A program made the translations under genes and the position numbers. A stretch of DNA of 54,845 nt from Chiloscyllium plagiosum. Lineage: Eukaryota. The stretch is from positions 3,514 to 58,358 of the forward strand of contig NW_025215079.1 in NCBI RefSeq assembly GCF_004010195.1. Reading direction: 5' to 3'. The notes under the pieces were generated by a model, which saw nothing but the letters and a program-made list of their open reading frames with translations, did not search any database and was not told where the DNA came from. Positions 20,861 to 33,046 of the stretch are shown piece after piece. Numbering within the stretch: position 1 is the stretch's first letter; the number at the start of each line of letters is the position of its first letter.

Positions 20861-22580
20861 TCCTTGGATTCTCTGGGAAGCTGGGGAAGAGATTGCAGAG
20901 CCTTTGGTTTTGATCTTTGTGACATCATTGTCTACGGGAATAGTGCCAGAAGACTGGAGGATAGCAAATGTGGTCCCCCTGTTCAAGGAGGGGGATAGGG
21001 ACAACCCTGGTAATTATAGACCAGTGAGCCTCACTTTGGTTGTGGAAAAAATGTTGGAAATGGTTATAAGAGATAAGGTTCATAATAATCATGAAAGGAA
21101 TAAGTTGATGAATGACAGCCAACATGGTTTTGTGAAGTGTAGATCGTGCCTTACAAACTGTGTTGAGTTCTTTGAGAAGGTGACCAAACAGGTAGGTGAG
21201 GCTAAAGCGGTTGATGTGGCATATATGGATATCAGTAAGGTGTTTGATATGGTAGGCTATTACACAAAATACAGAGTCATGGGATTGAGGGTGATTTAAC
21301 AGTTAGAAATTGGCTAGCTGAATGAAGACGGAGGGTGGTGGTTAATGGGAAATGTTCATCCTGTAGTTCAGTTACTAGTGGGGTACCGCAAGGATCTGTT
21401 TTGGGGCCACTGCTGTTTGTCATTTTCATAAATGATGGCGTAGAAGGATGGGTTAGTAAATTTGCAGACGACACTAAGGTCGGTGGAGTTGTGGATAGTG
21501 ACGAAGGATGCTACAAGTTACAGAGGGACATAGATAAGCTGCAGAGCTGGGCTGAGAGGTGGCAAGTGGAGTTTAATGTGGAAAAGTGTGAGGTGATTCA
21601 CTTTGGAAGGAGTAACAAGAATGCAGAGTACTGGGCTAATGGTAAGATTCTTGGTAGTGTAGATGAGCAGAGAGATCTCGGTGTCCAGGTACACACATTC
21701 CTGAAAGTTGCCCCCCAGGTTGACAGGGTTGTTTTGAAGGCATACGGTGTGTTAGCTTTCATTGGTCAAGGGATTGAGTTTCGGAGCCATGAGGTCATGC
21801 TGCAGCTGTAAAAAATTCTGTTGCGGCCGCACTTATTAGATTCCCTACAGTGTGGAAACAGGCCCTTCGGCCCAACCAGTCCACACCAACCCTCCGAAGA
21901 GTAACCCACCCAGACCCATTTCCCTCTGACTAATGCATCTAACACTACGGGCAATTTAGCATGGCCAATTCACCTGACCGACACATCTTTGGACTGTGGG
22001 AGGAAACCGGAGCACACGGAGGAAACCCACACAGACCCACCCAAATATTTGGAGTATTGCGTAGAGTTCTGCTCACCACATTATAGGAAGGATGTGGAAG
22101 CTTTGGAAAGGGTTCAGAGGAGATTTACCAGGATGCTGCCTGGTCTGGAGGGAAGGTCTTATGGGGAAAGGCTGAGGGATTGAGGCTGTCTTTGTTCGAG
22201 AGAAGAAGGTTAAGAGGTGACTTAATAGAGACACACAATATGATCCGAGGGTTAGATAGGGTGGGCAGGGAGAGCTCTTTCCCTCGAATGGTGATGGCTA
22301 GCACGAGGGGGGCATAGCTTTAAACTGAGGGGTGATAGATATAGGACAGATGTCAGGGGGGGTTTCCTTACTCCGAGAGTAGTCGGGGGGTGGAACGCCG
22401 TGACTGTAACTGTAGTACACTCACCAACGTAAAAGGGCATTGACATGGTCATTGGGTAAACATATGGATGAGAATGGGATAGTGTGGGTTAGATGGGCAT
22501 CAGATCGGCTTCACAGGTCAGCCCAACATCGAGGGGCCGAAGGGCCTGTATTGCACTGTGTTGTTCGATGCCCTATGTTC
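20861..22580 (+). mobile_element. 5'-truncated CR1 LINE (RT to 3' tail), interrupted by a SINE
   Basis: ORFs 20787-21299 (PGNYRPVSLT, QHGFVK) and 21335-21811 ([21 protein letters not shown]). The tail ends in a tatgttcta-type repeat. Confidence 0.92.
21836..22037 (-). mobile_element. HE1-like SINE (5'-truncated) nested in CR1
   Basis: tagattccctacagtgtggaaacaggccc...ggaaacccacacagac interrupts the CR1 RPHL|EYC coding segment. Confidence 0.85.
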
Positions 22581-22581
22581 T

Positions 22582-23560
22582 ACGTACATCAGGCTCCTGT
22601 GTATTGACTACAGTTCTGCCTTCAACACCATAATTCGAAACAAACTCCTCCCTAAACTATGAGACATAGGTCTTTCGTCCCCACCCCCTACCATAACTGG
22701 GTACTCAATTTGCTGAACCATAGACCAGCATCAGTAACAATAGGGAACACACCTCTTCCACAATAATCCTCAACACCGATGCTCTGCAAGGCTGGGTACC
22801 CAGCCCCCTGCTGCCTCCCTAGACCCTCACAACTGTGTGGCTTAAATCCAGCCCAATTCCATTTACGGGTTTGCTGATGACACTGCTGTTGTAGACTGGA
22901 TTTCAAAAAATGACAAGACAGAATACAGGAAAGAGACCGAGTGCTCAGTAGCATGGCGTAAAGACAACAATCTCTCCATCTATGCCTGCAAAACGAAGGA
23001 GCTGGTCATTGCCTTCAGAAAGCAGAGTGTAGGGCACTCCTCTGTCTGTATCAATGACGCTGAGGCAGAGATGGTCGAGAGGGTCAGGTTCCTGGGAATG
23101 ATGATCAACAACAGTCTGTCCTGCTCCACCCATGTCAATGCACTGCTCAAGAAAACACAGCGAGGTCTCGACTTCCACAGGAGGCTAATGAAATTCAGCA
23201 TGTCCACAAGGACTTGTATCGGTTTTATGGAAAGCATCCTATCTGGATGAATCACTGTGTGATATGGCAACTGCCCTTCCCAAGACCGCTGGAGACTGCA
23301 GAGAGTTGTGAACACAGCCCAACCCATCACACACACCAGCCGTCCATCCATTGACTCCATCAGTACTGCCCACTGCCTCAGGAAAGCAACCAGCACCATC
23401 AAAGAACCCTCCCACCCCATTTATACACTCATTTACCATTGGGCAGAAGATATAAAAGTTTGCATATACTTTGTAATAGATTCAAAAACAGCTTCTTCCT
23501 CGCTGTTATTTCACTTCTGAACGGACCTGTTAAGTTTTAAATTTAATGCTGATCTCGCTC
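22582..23560 (+). mobile_element. Rex1/Babar-like LINE RT fragment, degenerate
   Basis: Reads YIRLLCIDYSSAFNTII..., FADDTAVV, DNNLSI...KTKELVIAFRK, typical of the Rex1/Babar group (recalled). Confidence 0.75.
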
Positions 23561-23639
23561 TTTGTTACCAGCGGTAACATTGCCTCTTGTTCTATTACCT
23601 TAACGTACTTTGTATGGTCCAATGTGCCTGTACTACCTC

Positions 23640-24215
23640 TGACTATCGGTGTTGGGAAGACATGTTGAGGTTGTACAGGATGATGGTGAGGCTTCTCATG
23701 GAGTACTGTGTCTGGTTCTCGTCGCTTTGGATATTATTCAGGTACAGAGGGTTCAGAAGAGGCTTAGCAGGAGGTTGCCAGGTATGGATGGTTCCTGTTC
23801 TTAAGCAAGGTTGAATAGGCTGGGAATTCTTTGACTGGAGCGTAGAAGGTTGAGAGGTGACCTTGAAAAAGTTTATAACATCATGAGTATTGCAGAAAGG
23901 GTAAATTGTAAAATGTATTTTCTCTATGAGGGATGATTTCAAGATGAGTGTTCTTTTTTAGCGAAGAGAGGCAGTTATAAAACAAGGCACGAGAGATAAT
24001 TGTTTACCCAGAGAGCGGTTCGCATGTGGAATAAACGTCCCGAGGACATGGAAGATGGGTTCACAGTTACAGCATTTAAAGTACACTTAGATAAGTACGT
24101 GAATAGGAATGTTTTGGAGTGATATAGGTCAGCAGTAGGGAAGTGGGATTAATGGGATTGAGTTTGACATGGCCTGGCTGGGTAGAAGGGTCTGGTTCCA
24201 AGTTATATAATTCTA
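23640..24215 (+). mobile_element. CR1 3' fragment, degenerate
   Basis: LYRMMVRLLMEYCVWF, and LERRRLRGDL-like DNA (ctggagcgtagaaggttgagaggtgacc). Confidence 0.75.
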
Positions 24216-24294
24216 TGACTCGCTGCAAATAATACATCAAATTTATTCAAATAAAGGGACTTACAGTGAAGGACATGCAGTCTCTCAGAGTACG

Positions 24295-24590
24295 TGCACA
24301 CACACACACACACACACAGACGTGCGCACACACACACACACACACACACATATACAGACGCGCACATACACACACACACATATACAGACGCGCGCACACA
24401 CACAAACACATATACAGACGCACACACACAAACACATATACAGACGCACACACACACACACACATGCACAGACACAAACACGCATGCACACGTGCACAGA
24501 CACATGCACACACTTGCACAGACATGTGCACACGTGCACAGACACACACGTGCACAGACACACACATGCACAGACACACACATGCACAAA
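24295..24590. repeat. Compound CA-rich microsatellite/minisatellite
   Basis: Seen directly in the sequence. Confidence 0.95.
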
Positions 24591-25289
24591 AGGCATTGCG
24601 GAGTTTCCTTCTCTGCTGTTTAATGAAGTGAGTTGTGTGGCTTTGGTAACTCGCCAAAGTTGACGAACTGGTCGGGTTGCTGGTATTATTCAAACGAGGC
24701 TTTAGGAAGTCAAGTATTAGGTGAAAAGTCATTTGATTGTTGCTGATTTGGGAGCTGTCTGTGAAGGCAGGCGTGAAGCTGCTGTCTCTGTTTGATTGAA
24801 GCCTCTATTGTTGAGCAGGCTCACCCAGTCCCCTGTCTTTCCTAACCCCAACTCTAGATCCCTGGCATGAAATAAGCTGCAGGTGGGACGTATTGAGGTG
24901 TGAGTTCCATTTTCCTTCCCTTGTGGGTGTGCACAGACACTGGATAAGGGGGGGGGGGCAAGAATGTACCCAATGTTGCCCTTACTCTGATGGCCACTTT
25001 TGAGTGAGGCTGCATTGAGCTGTGTGTAGACCCTCGGTATGCAAACACCTAGTGTTACTACGTACTGAGGTTTCACCTGTCCCGTGTTGCGAAGGATGGG
25101 CCTAGCCTCACTGCCGCGGAACGCTCCAAGTAGTTGGACTGTTCTGTATCCCCTATCCCTCGTGGAGAAATTTGCAAAGAGAAACACCAGTCCAACAGGA
25201 AGGGGGCAGTAGGTAGCTGAGGGAAAAGGAAAGGATGGATCCTGTCATGTGGTTCCCTGGGTAGACTGTCAAAGTCATTTAGCAGCATG

Positions 25290-25730
25290 CCTCATCGCCA
25301 GAACTTTCCAACAAGCACCAAGACGTCGCTAGGCTGGTGGTGAGATCCTTCATGTACACCCGGTCTGTCTGTGCCATCACATACTGCCCTCGAAGGGAAG
25401 GTAGAGACTATCGCACATCTCCTTCCGGAATGTGCCATTGCAAAGGAGGTCTGAAGGAAGATGCAGTGGTTTGTCCTGAGCGGCTCCGTGATGGTGGACT
25501 CTGTGCTCTATGGTCTGTTCCCCGGGACGCATACTGAGGCCTGGAGGACCATCACCTCAGTGAGAGACGCTCTTTGGTCTGCCCAAAACTTGCTGGTCTT
25601 CCAGTTGAAGGAGTTGACCCGGGCTGAGTGTTGCAGGCCAGTACATTCCAAGGTCCAGGACCACAGGCTGAGGGACGCACTATAACCTGGTGCAGCCTCT
25701 GCCAAAGCGCAGTGGGGTAAGACCATTGTG
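25290..25730 (+). mobile_element. Tx1/L1-clade LINE C-terminal (zf-RVT-like) fragment
   Basis: Reads SSPELSNKHQDVA.LVVR...CPR...ETIAHLL.EC...KEV across frameshifts, a CCHC-type motif typical of Tx1/L1 ORF2. Confidence 0.65.
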
Positions 25731-25851
25731 TGTGATTCTTCTTCCAAAACACACACACGCACAAACACACACACACATATACAGACGTACACACACAAAC
25801 ACACACACATATACAGATGCACACACACACATATACAGATACACACACACA

Positions 25852-26109
25852 CACAAATACACAAGCACACATGCACACACAGATGCACGCAGAGCCAGAG
25901 ATGCAGAAACAGACTGGCCTACAGACGTAGTCAATGACTCATAGTCACTGATGCCCTCTTAGTGAGGTACAGACTGAGAACACAAATACACAAGAACACA
26001 TGCACACACAGATGCACGCAGAGCCAGAGATGCAGAAACAGACTGGCCTACAGACGTAGTCAATGACTCATAGTCACTGATGCCCTCTTAGTGAGGTACA
26101 GACTGAGAA
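25852..26109 (+). repeat. Tandem duplication, period 129 bp, following a CA microsatellite (25748-25880)
   Basis: cacaaatacacaag...gtgaggtacagactgagaa occurs at 25852 and 25981. Confidence 0.9.
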
Positions 26110-26956
26110 ACACATTCAGAGACATGCAATCTGACACACAGAGGCAGGCACAAAGCCAGTGACACACAGACGGACACATGCTCAGAGCTGTACGGGCAGA
26201 GACACACAGTGAGGCAGACTCATAGTCAGCAACATATTAACAGGCAAAACATCAGAGACATATTGACAGACAGGCACACAGGCACAGATTCAAAGACACA
26301 CAGACAGGTGGAAATGGAGAGAGATATACAGTCAGAGAGTCAGTCAGCAAAGCAGGCACACACACACAATCAGGGACACAGGCACACTGTCAGAGAAACA
26401 CAGACACAATTACTCAGTCAGATTTATCTGTATGGACAGTGACAATAAGAATGAAGTTAGTGATTTATTTGGATGGGGAGTGAGAAGCAGAGTCAAGTCA
26501 ATGATCTGTATTGAAGGAGTCTGCCTCTAAGAGTGAGGTCAGTGCTGTGTTTGGAAGGAGAGTGACAATACAAGTAATATATCCAAATGGAACGTATACA
26601 TCAAGCTAATAAATGAATATTTAAAACTATGTGTTAGATGTAGTGATTTAAAGAGGGCAGCTCCAACCCTAAAGTTCAGACAAGCTGCTGTGAGATTTTT
26701 ATTTCACACTTGGAATAAACCGTTTCATTGCAACATGGGTTGAAATAATTGCTAATTTGAAAATGGGACTGATGGTGTTTGAGTGGACTGGCATATTCCT
26801 GTTTCTGTTACTTCTATGATGTGATGAGGAGCCTCCTCCATCGTGCTCTGGAGAAAACTCATTATTGAAGTCACCGTGTTGACCAGCAGAAAGTTGGAAA
26901 ACAGCAACAAGGCTGAGCAATGTTGCAATCTCGGTCTCCCCAGGGAGCATCCACAT

Positions 26957-26963
26957 TGTATAA
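26957..26963 (+). promoter_or_regulatory. Candidate TATA-like element (TGTATAA) of GPR139-like gene A
   Basis: Begins 95 nt upstream of the ATG. The same heptamer begins 98 nt upstream of the gene B ATG. Confidence 0.4.
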
Positions 26964-27051
26964 GGCAGTGTCTCTGGGACTCCATCAGCTCTGAGCTTCA
27001 AACAAGGAGATTGGCATCTGCCTGAAGAGACACATCACCTCACACGGAGAT

Positions 27052-30000
27052 ATGCACCGACCGATTCAACACGTGGAGAAGGTCTTCTACACCATCCTTG
27101 CTTTTATTGGCACCCCTGGTACGGCTTTAGGACAACTGACGTTGTTTCAATCTCCTACTGGCCTGCTCTCTGGCTTTACCAGAAAGGGTATGAAAAGAGT
27201 TTATGCAAAATAGTTCAGACGAAGGGTCAATGGACTCAAAATGTTAGCTCTGCTTTCCCCGCACAGACGCTGTCTGACCTGCTAAGTTTCTCCAGCAATT
27301 TCTGTTCAGGTGTGTAAGTCAGGGCTGTTTCCTCGAGAATTCAGAGTTTTTAAGGGGTGATTTGATAGAAGTGTTCAAGATAGAAACAAGGAAACACTGG
27401 ATAGATAAAGATAAACTATTTCCACTGTTTGGGAATTCTGAAACTATGGATAAACTAGGGGAATGATGGCAAAACCTTCTCTGATCCAATGGAAACACAT
27501 GGAGCTTATCCAGTCTCTCTCCATTGCTGAAATACTCCATCCCAGGGCAGCATCCTGGGGGATCTCCCTCTGCACTACCCCCCGTCCCAGTACAATCCCA
27601 TCCTTCCTGTCATGGGGGGACCAGAACTGCACACAGCTGGGACCTCAGCAAAGTCCTGTACAGTTGTGATATGTGCCATCCCCCCCACCCCCTTCTCCTC
27701 CCCTGGCTTGTATACTCTAAGCTGTCACTGATGAAGTCCATGGAGTGGAGGTGCTGGTGTTGGACTGGGGTGGACAAAGTCAGAAGTCACATGACGCCAG
27801 TTTATAAATATCCACCAATGAAGTCTGTGCCCCTGTGCTTCCCACCACCTCACCTGATGAAGGGGCAGTGCTCTGAAAGCTTGTCCTTTCAAATACACCT
27901 GTTGAACTTTAACCTGGGGTCGGTGACTTCTGTCTGATGAAGGCAAGGGATCTGTGGACAAACAACCAGAGATCCCTGTGTTCCTCTGAACTTCCTTGTG
28001 TCTTGCCATTCATTGAGAACGCCCTTGTCTTGTTACTTCTTCCAAAGTGCATTGTCTTGCATTTGTCAGGGTCAAATTCTATCTGCCAATGATCTGGCCG
28101 ACTGACCAACCCGTTTCTGACTTCCTGTAACCAAACACCTTCATCCTCAATTTCAAATACTCCTGTAACCAAACACCTTCATCCTCAATTTCAAATACCT
28201 GGATAATCTTTGTGTCACCTCCAAACATTCCCCATGCTCCCTGCCTTCCCCACAACCCCACCCTCTATAACCCCACACATCCTCAGCTCCATCCTGTTTA
28301 TATCTGTCAAAAACAAGAAGGAACCCGGCCCTGATCCCTATGGTTCACAGCCAGACACTGCTAAGTTGCTAAGTGCCATGCAACTGGTGTCAGATATTAG
28401 TTTAAGTTCAGCTTATTTTGTTTCTCTTTCTCAATCCATCTGGAAGTGATTCACAAGGTTATAAATGCCTGTTTGTGAAGCTATTCCCCTGAATCCATCA
28501 AATGCGTTTTGAGAAACTGCTCAGAATGGCCGAAATGCTGCAGGTAACCCCATCTATTTTGTTCACCTCAATGTGCTCATTCACTTTGTACAAGATTAAA
28601 TCATTGCATTGTCTCTGGTTTATTGTGGCAACCTCAACATGCTGTCAGTTTGAGTTATCGAGTCATAGACATATAGATTTAAAGCATAGGAAAAGGCCCC
28701 TCAGCCCATCATGTTCAAATTGGTCAAAAAAAAAGCACAACATATTCTCATCGCATTTACCAAAACCTACAGAAGCATAGGAACATGATTTGGATATTCA
28801 ATCACTTAATATTTAACACGATATCAAGTTGTTCCCTTATACAACAAATGTTTGCCCAGTCCATGGCATGACTCCATATATCTCTGGGGTATCTTTGTTG
28901 GAGATGAATTTACAAACACTGCAAATGCCTTTAAACTCAAGTCCAATTAATCCCAATATTCTTCACCCCCATACCCTTCACTCCGACAGTTCATCTTTTT
29001 TTAATATAAAACAGTACCGGTTGCTCTCTGGAACAGGCAGGGGTATTTCTGATCAGTAATTCACTGTTTCTTTTCCCAATTGTCTTCCACAGTTAATTTG
29101 CTGGCGATTGGTGTTCTTTCCCGGGGAAAGTGTGGTGTTTCCCCTTGCACTACTCGCTACCTGGTGGTTATGGCAGCTGCCGATCTGATGGTCATTATCA
29201 TTGAGATGTTAGTGAGGAAATTCCGCTATTACTATTACCCACGGTATTTCCTGGATATCACTCCTGTATGTAGTGTTAGCATGGTCATATTTCGTGCAGC
29301 CAGGGACTGTTCTGTCTGGTTCACCGTCACTTTCTCCTTTGACCGATTTGTGACCATTTGTTGTCAGAAGCTGAAAACAAAATATTGCACGGAGAAAACT
29401 GCGACTGTGGTTCTAGCAACAACCTGCACCTTGTTCTGTTTGAAAAACATCCCCTTCTACTTTCAAAATGTTCCTCAGAAAATAATCAATAATGTACCAT
29501 TTTACTGTAAAACAAAATCAAGCTACTTTACTGAGACTTGGTGGGTGGGATTAAATTGGCTTGATACAGTTTTGACTCCTTTACTGCCGTTTGCTTTAAT
29601 TCTGTTGCTCAATGCTCTGACAGTCAGACACATTTTAGCGACCAGTCGAGTCCGGAAAAGGCTGAAGAGGGAGAGCAAAGGAGAGAATCACAGAGACCCA
29701 GAGAAAAATAATCAATAATCTACCATTTTACTGTAAAACAAAATCAAGCTACTTTACTGAGACTTGGTGGGTGGTATTAGATTGGCTTGATACAGTTTTA
29801 ACACTGTATTTTACTGCCATTTGCTTTAATTCTGTTGCTCAATGCTCTGACAGTCAGACACATTTTAGTGACCAGTCGAGTCCGGAAGAGGCTGAAGGGT
29901 GAGAGCAAAGGAGAGAGTCGCAGAGACCCAGAGATGGAGAGCAGAAGGAAGGCTGTGATTTTGCTCTTCATCTCTGGGAGCTTCATCCTCCTGTGGTTAA

Positions 30001-30221
30001 TCTATATCATTCACTTTTTGTATTATGTCACTCAAGGAATTAACCCTGATGATTACTCGTCATTTCTGTATCACTTTAGAAAAGTTGGTTTCATGCTGCG
30101 GAACCTGAGTTGTTGTACAAACACATTTATTTATGCAGCAACGTTGTCCAGGTTCAGAGCAAAGATCAGTAACGCTGTAAGGTGCCTGCTTCCACGAATT
30201 CCTTGCGTTATAAAGAAATAA
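27052..30221 (+). pseudogene. GPR139/GPR142-like class A GPCR gene A; exon 1 27052-27118, exon 2 29093-30221; frameshifted by an internal 226-bp duplication
   Basis: Exon 1 is MHRPIQHVEKVFYTILAFIGTP with donor G|gtacgg; the acceptor is tgtcttccacag. Exon 2 has VNLLAIGVLSRGKCG, MAAADL, FSFDRF, CCQKLKTKYCTEKTA, LLPFALILLLNALTVRHIL, PEMESRRK and LSCCTNTFIY. The frame breaks at about 29704 with a stop at 29716-29718. Confidence 0.88.
27320..28300. mobile_element. Patchwork of short CR1 fragments (both strands) and a Penelope-type terminal repeat in the gene A intron; 38-bp tandem duplication at 28123-28198
   Basis: CR1 peptides QFWSPHDRKD and KCKTMHFGRSN on the minus strand. cacctgatgaaggggcagtgctctgaaagcttg at 27851-27883. 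Confidence 0.6.
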
Positions 30222-30329
30222 ATCAACTCTGTGAATCTGACAGACTGGTTGTATTGTTCCTGGACCATGAAAGGACTTTTCTCTTATTCACTGGAGGGAT
30301 GTGGTCCCTGTATGTAACTCGGTCTAACC

Positions 30330-31060
30330 GCCCCCATTGAGAGTGTGGGGATGAGCTGCCTTCTTGACCCACTGCAGTCCATGTGCTGTAAACCCACAAT
30401 GTCCCTTACGGAGGGAATTCCAGGATTCTGACTCAGTGACACTGAAGGAACGGTGATATATTTCCAGGTGGGGATGGTGAGGGGCTCAGAGGGGAGCTTG
30501 TGGTGGTGGAGAGCATGGTGTTCCCATATATCTGCTGCCATTCTCCTTCTAGATGGAAGGGGCCGTGGGTTTGGAAGGTGCTGTCTGATGATCTTGGGTG
30601 AATTTCTGCACTGTATCTTGTAACTGGTACACACTGCTGCTACTGAGTGTCGGTGGGGGAGGGAGTGAGGGGATGTTTGTGGGTGTGGGGTCAATCCCGG
30701 GGGGGGGGGAGCTGTTTTACCCCGGGATGGTACACACTGCTGTTACTGAGTGTCGGTGGGGGGGGGAGTGAGGGGATGTTTGTGGGTGTTGAGCTTCTCA
30801 AGTGTTATTTTTAGATTAGATTACATTACAGTGTGGAAACAGGCCCTTCGGCCCAACAAGTCCACACCCACCCACCGAAGCGCAACCCACCCGTGGTCCC
30901 AATCCAGGGGGGGGCTGTTTTATCCCAGGATGGTACACACTGCTGTTACTGAGTGTCGGTGGGGGGGGATGTTTGTGGGTGTTGAGCTTCTCGAGTGTTG
31001 TTGGAGCTGCCCCCATCCAGGGGTAAGTGGGGAGTATTCCCTCCCCCTCCAGACACAGAG
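30330..31060 (-). mobile_element. LINE 3' fragment with a triplicated segment and a SINE tail fragment (about 30812-30890)
   Basis: ORF 30284-30694 (HSVAAVCTSYKIQCRNSPKIIRQHLPNPRPLP). ggtacacactgctg(c/t)tactgagtgtcggtggggg recurs at about 30626, 30729 and 30932. Confidence 0.6.
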
Positions 31061-32559
31061 TGCTCAGCCCACTGCAGGCAGAGAGTTGAGCTGAGAACCT
31101 GCCAACTCCCCATCATAGCACAAGTCAAAAGGAATTGTTCAGGTAAATATAAGTTCCATTGGGAAATTCCTAACAGCTTGGAACCCTGTGTAAGTGTCCA
31201 GCAAAATCAAATCCTTCCGAGAGTCCTGGTGAAATTACATACAATAGTTGATCAGAGCGCCTTCCAGGATTAAATAAATGTCTCCCCGCTCGGTAACAAT
31301 TCAACAGACCCACATAATAATGTCAGAAACAGCCAGTTATGTGAGAACTTGGGACACATGGTTACATGACGTTATCAGAACCCCTCCCCCACCAAACACT
31401 TCTGTGTACAGCAATATTGTCCAGAAATTCCACAACACAGTCAAATAACTATTTTCATGAATTCTTTGAGTGATGAATAAATAAAACTTATGAATGATAA
31501 CAAATGCTGAATTGCCTATTTTTCAGCGGCAAGCTTGAAAATTCCTATAGGCCGCTACTCCAATGCAGTCCCGCACAGAAGTTTCCTGTCACCGAGTCAA
31601 AATTGCACAAAAAGATTCCCTTCTGTTGAAACTGACACAATGGTATCCTCGCGGGCCGCCCCCACGCCATTGCACGGGGGTAGTGGAGGGTCAAGACCAT
31701 CAAAGATTCAGTGGCAGTGAGCCAGAGGGAGGGTAGCGGTTCACAGCAGCATCCAAACAGACAGCAACATTGACAAACATATACCGCACACACACACACC
31801 CAGACACACACATACAGACACATAAACACACAAACGATGAGCTCGGACTTTTCTCATTGGAGAAAAGGAGGAGGAGAGGGGACCTAATTGAGGTGTACAA
31901 GGTAGTGAGAGGCATAGATAGAGTCGATAGCCAGAGACTATTTCCCAGGGCAGAAATGACTAACACGAGGGGTCATTGAAGGGCCTGTTCTGTGCTGTAC
32001 TGTTCTATGTTCTATGTACACGCAAGGCTGGTGTGGACCTTGTTGCAGTTGGACTGAGGTCCCTCAGCGTGGAACATGCCCATGTGGAATAATGTAGTGC
32101 TCCCTCTGCAATGTGGTAATGATTTCTCTGTGAGCAGAATTCCTAACACAATACACATTAAGCAGAGTGTTTTCATTGCAATTGTGTATGGGCACCTCCG
32201 ACTGAATCGCTCCGTGAGGAGAGAAGATGAATTTTATTGCACTTTCTGCAGCTTACAATGTCTTCTGATGTTTCCTCATGAACTATAAGTGAGACACGAT
32301 TCAAAGCTGGAGGGGATGAGATCTCATGCTGGAGGTCTGGACGTGGTCATCGTCTTCTCCTCATATCACCGGGAAAAGCATCATAAGGAATTCGTCAAAA
32401 CTGCTCTGTGTCTCAATGATATTCTTTGAAAAACGAAATGAAAGTCAGAGATTCACAGACTTTGATGTCTTCTCCAGAAAAAACCCCTTCTGCTTGTGCA
32501 GTGGTGCGTTGAGTCCAGTGGAGAGTGCAGAGTGGTATTGTAGCACTTTAAGCACTCAC

Positions 32560-32725
32560 TCTGTCCTCTCTCCTGTCTCTCTCTCTATCCATCTCTGTCT
32601 CTGTCTCTCTCTCTCTCTGTCTTTCTGGATGCCTCTCTCTCTCTCTCTTTCCTTACCTCTCCCTCTGTCCTTCTCTCTCTCTCTCCCTCAAGGTCACTGT
32701 CCTTCTCTCTCTCTCTCTCTCTGTG
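32560..32725. repeat. CT-rich microsatellite
   Basis: Seen directly in the sequence. Confidence 0.9.
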
Positions 32726-32744
32726 CCCTATTTCCCCCATGCTA

Positions 32745-33046
32745 GGGGTGGCATGGTAACTCAGTGGTTAACACTGCTACCTCACAACACCAGGGTCCCA
32801 GGTTCGATTCCAGCCTCGGGCGACTGTCTGTGTGGAGGTTACACACACTCCTCATGTCTGTGTGGGTTTGCTCCGGTCTCCTCCCACTGTCCAAAGATGT
32901 GCAGGTCAGGGTGAATCGGCCATGCTAAATTGCCCATAGTGTTAGGTGCATTAGTCAGAGGGGAATGGGTCTGGGTGGGTTACTCTTTGGAGGGTCGGTG
33001 TGGAATGGTTGGGCTGAAGGGCCTGTTTCCACACTGTAGGGAATCT
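32745..33046 (+). mobile_element. HE1-like tRNA-derived SINE, full length
   Basis: A-box-like tggtaactcagtgg and B box ggttcgattcc. The 3' tail gggcctgtttccacactgtagggaatct is CR1-like. Confidence 0.85.

Noticed and set aside
24729..25187. 152-aa minus-strand ORF
   Set aside because: No recognisable motif or splice support; it lies beside a Tx1-like fragment and cannot be assigned.
29704..29935. Rescue of GPCR gene A by splicing out one duplicate copy
   Set aside because: I saw no convincing GT-AG pair that removes 230 nt in frame.
32745..32820. tRNA-like A and B boxes
   Set aside because: This is the head of a SINE present about six times in the window; no cloverleaf is evident.
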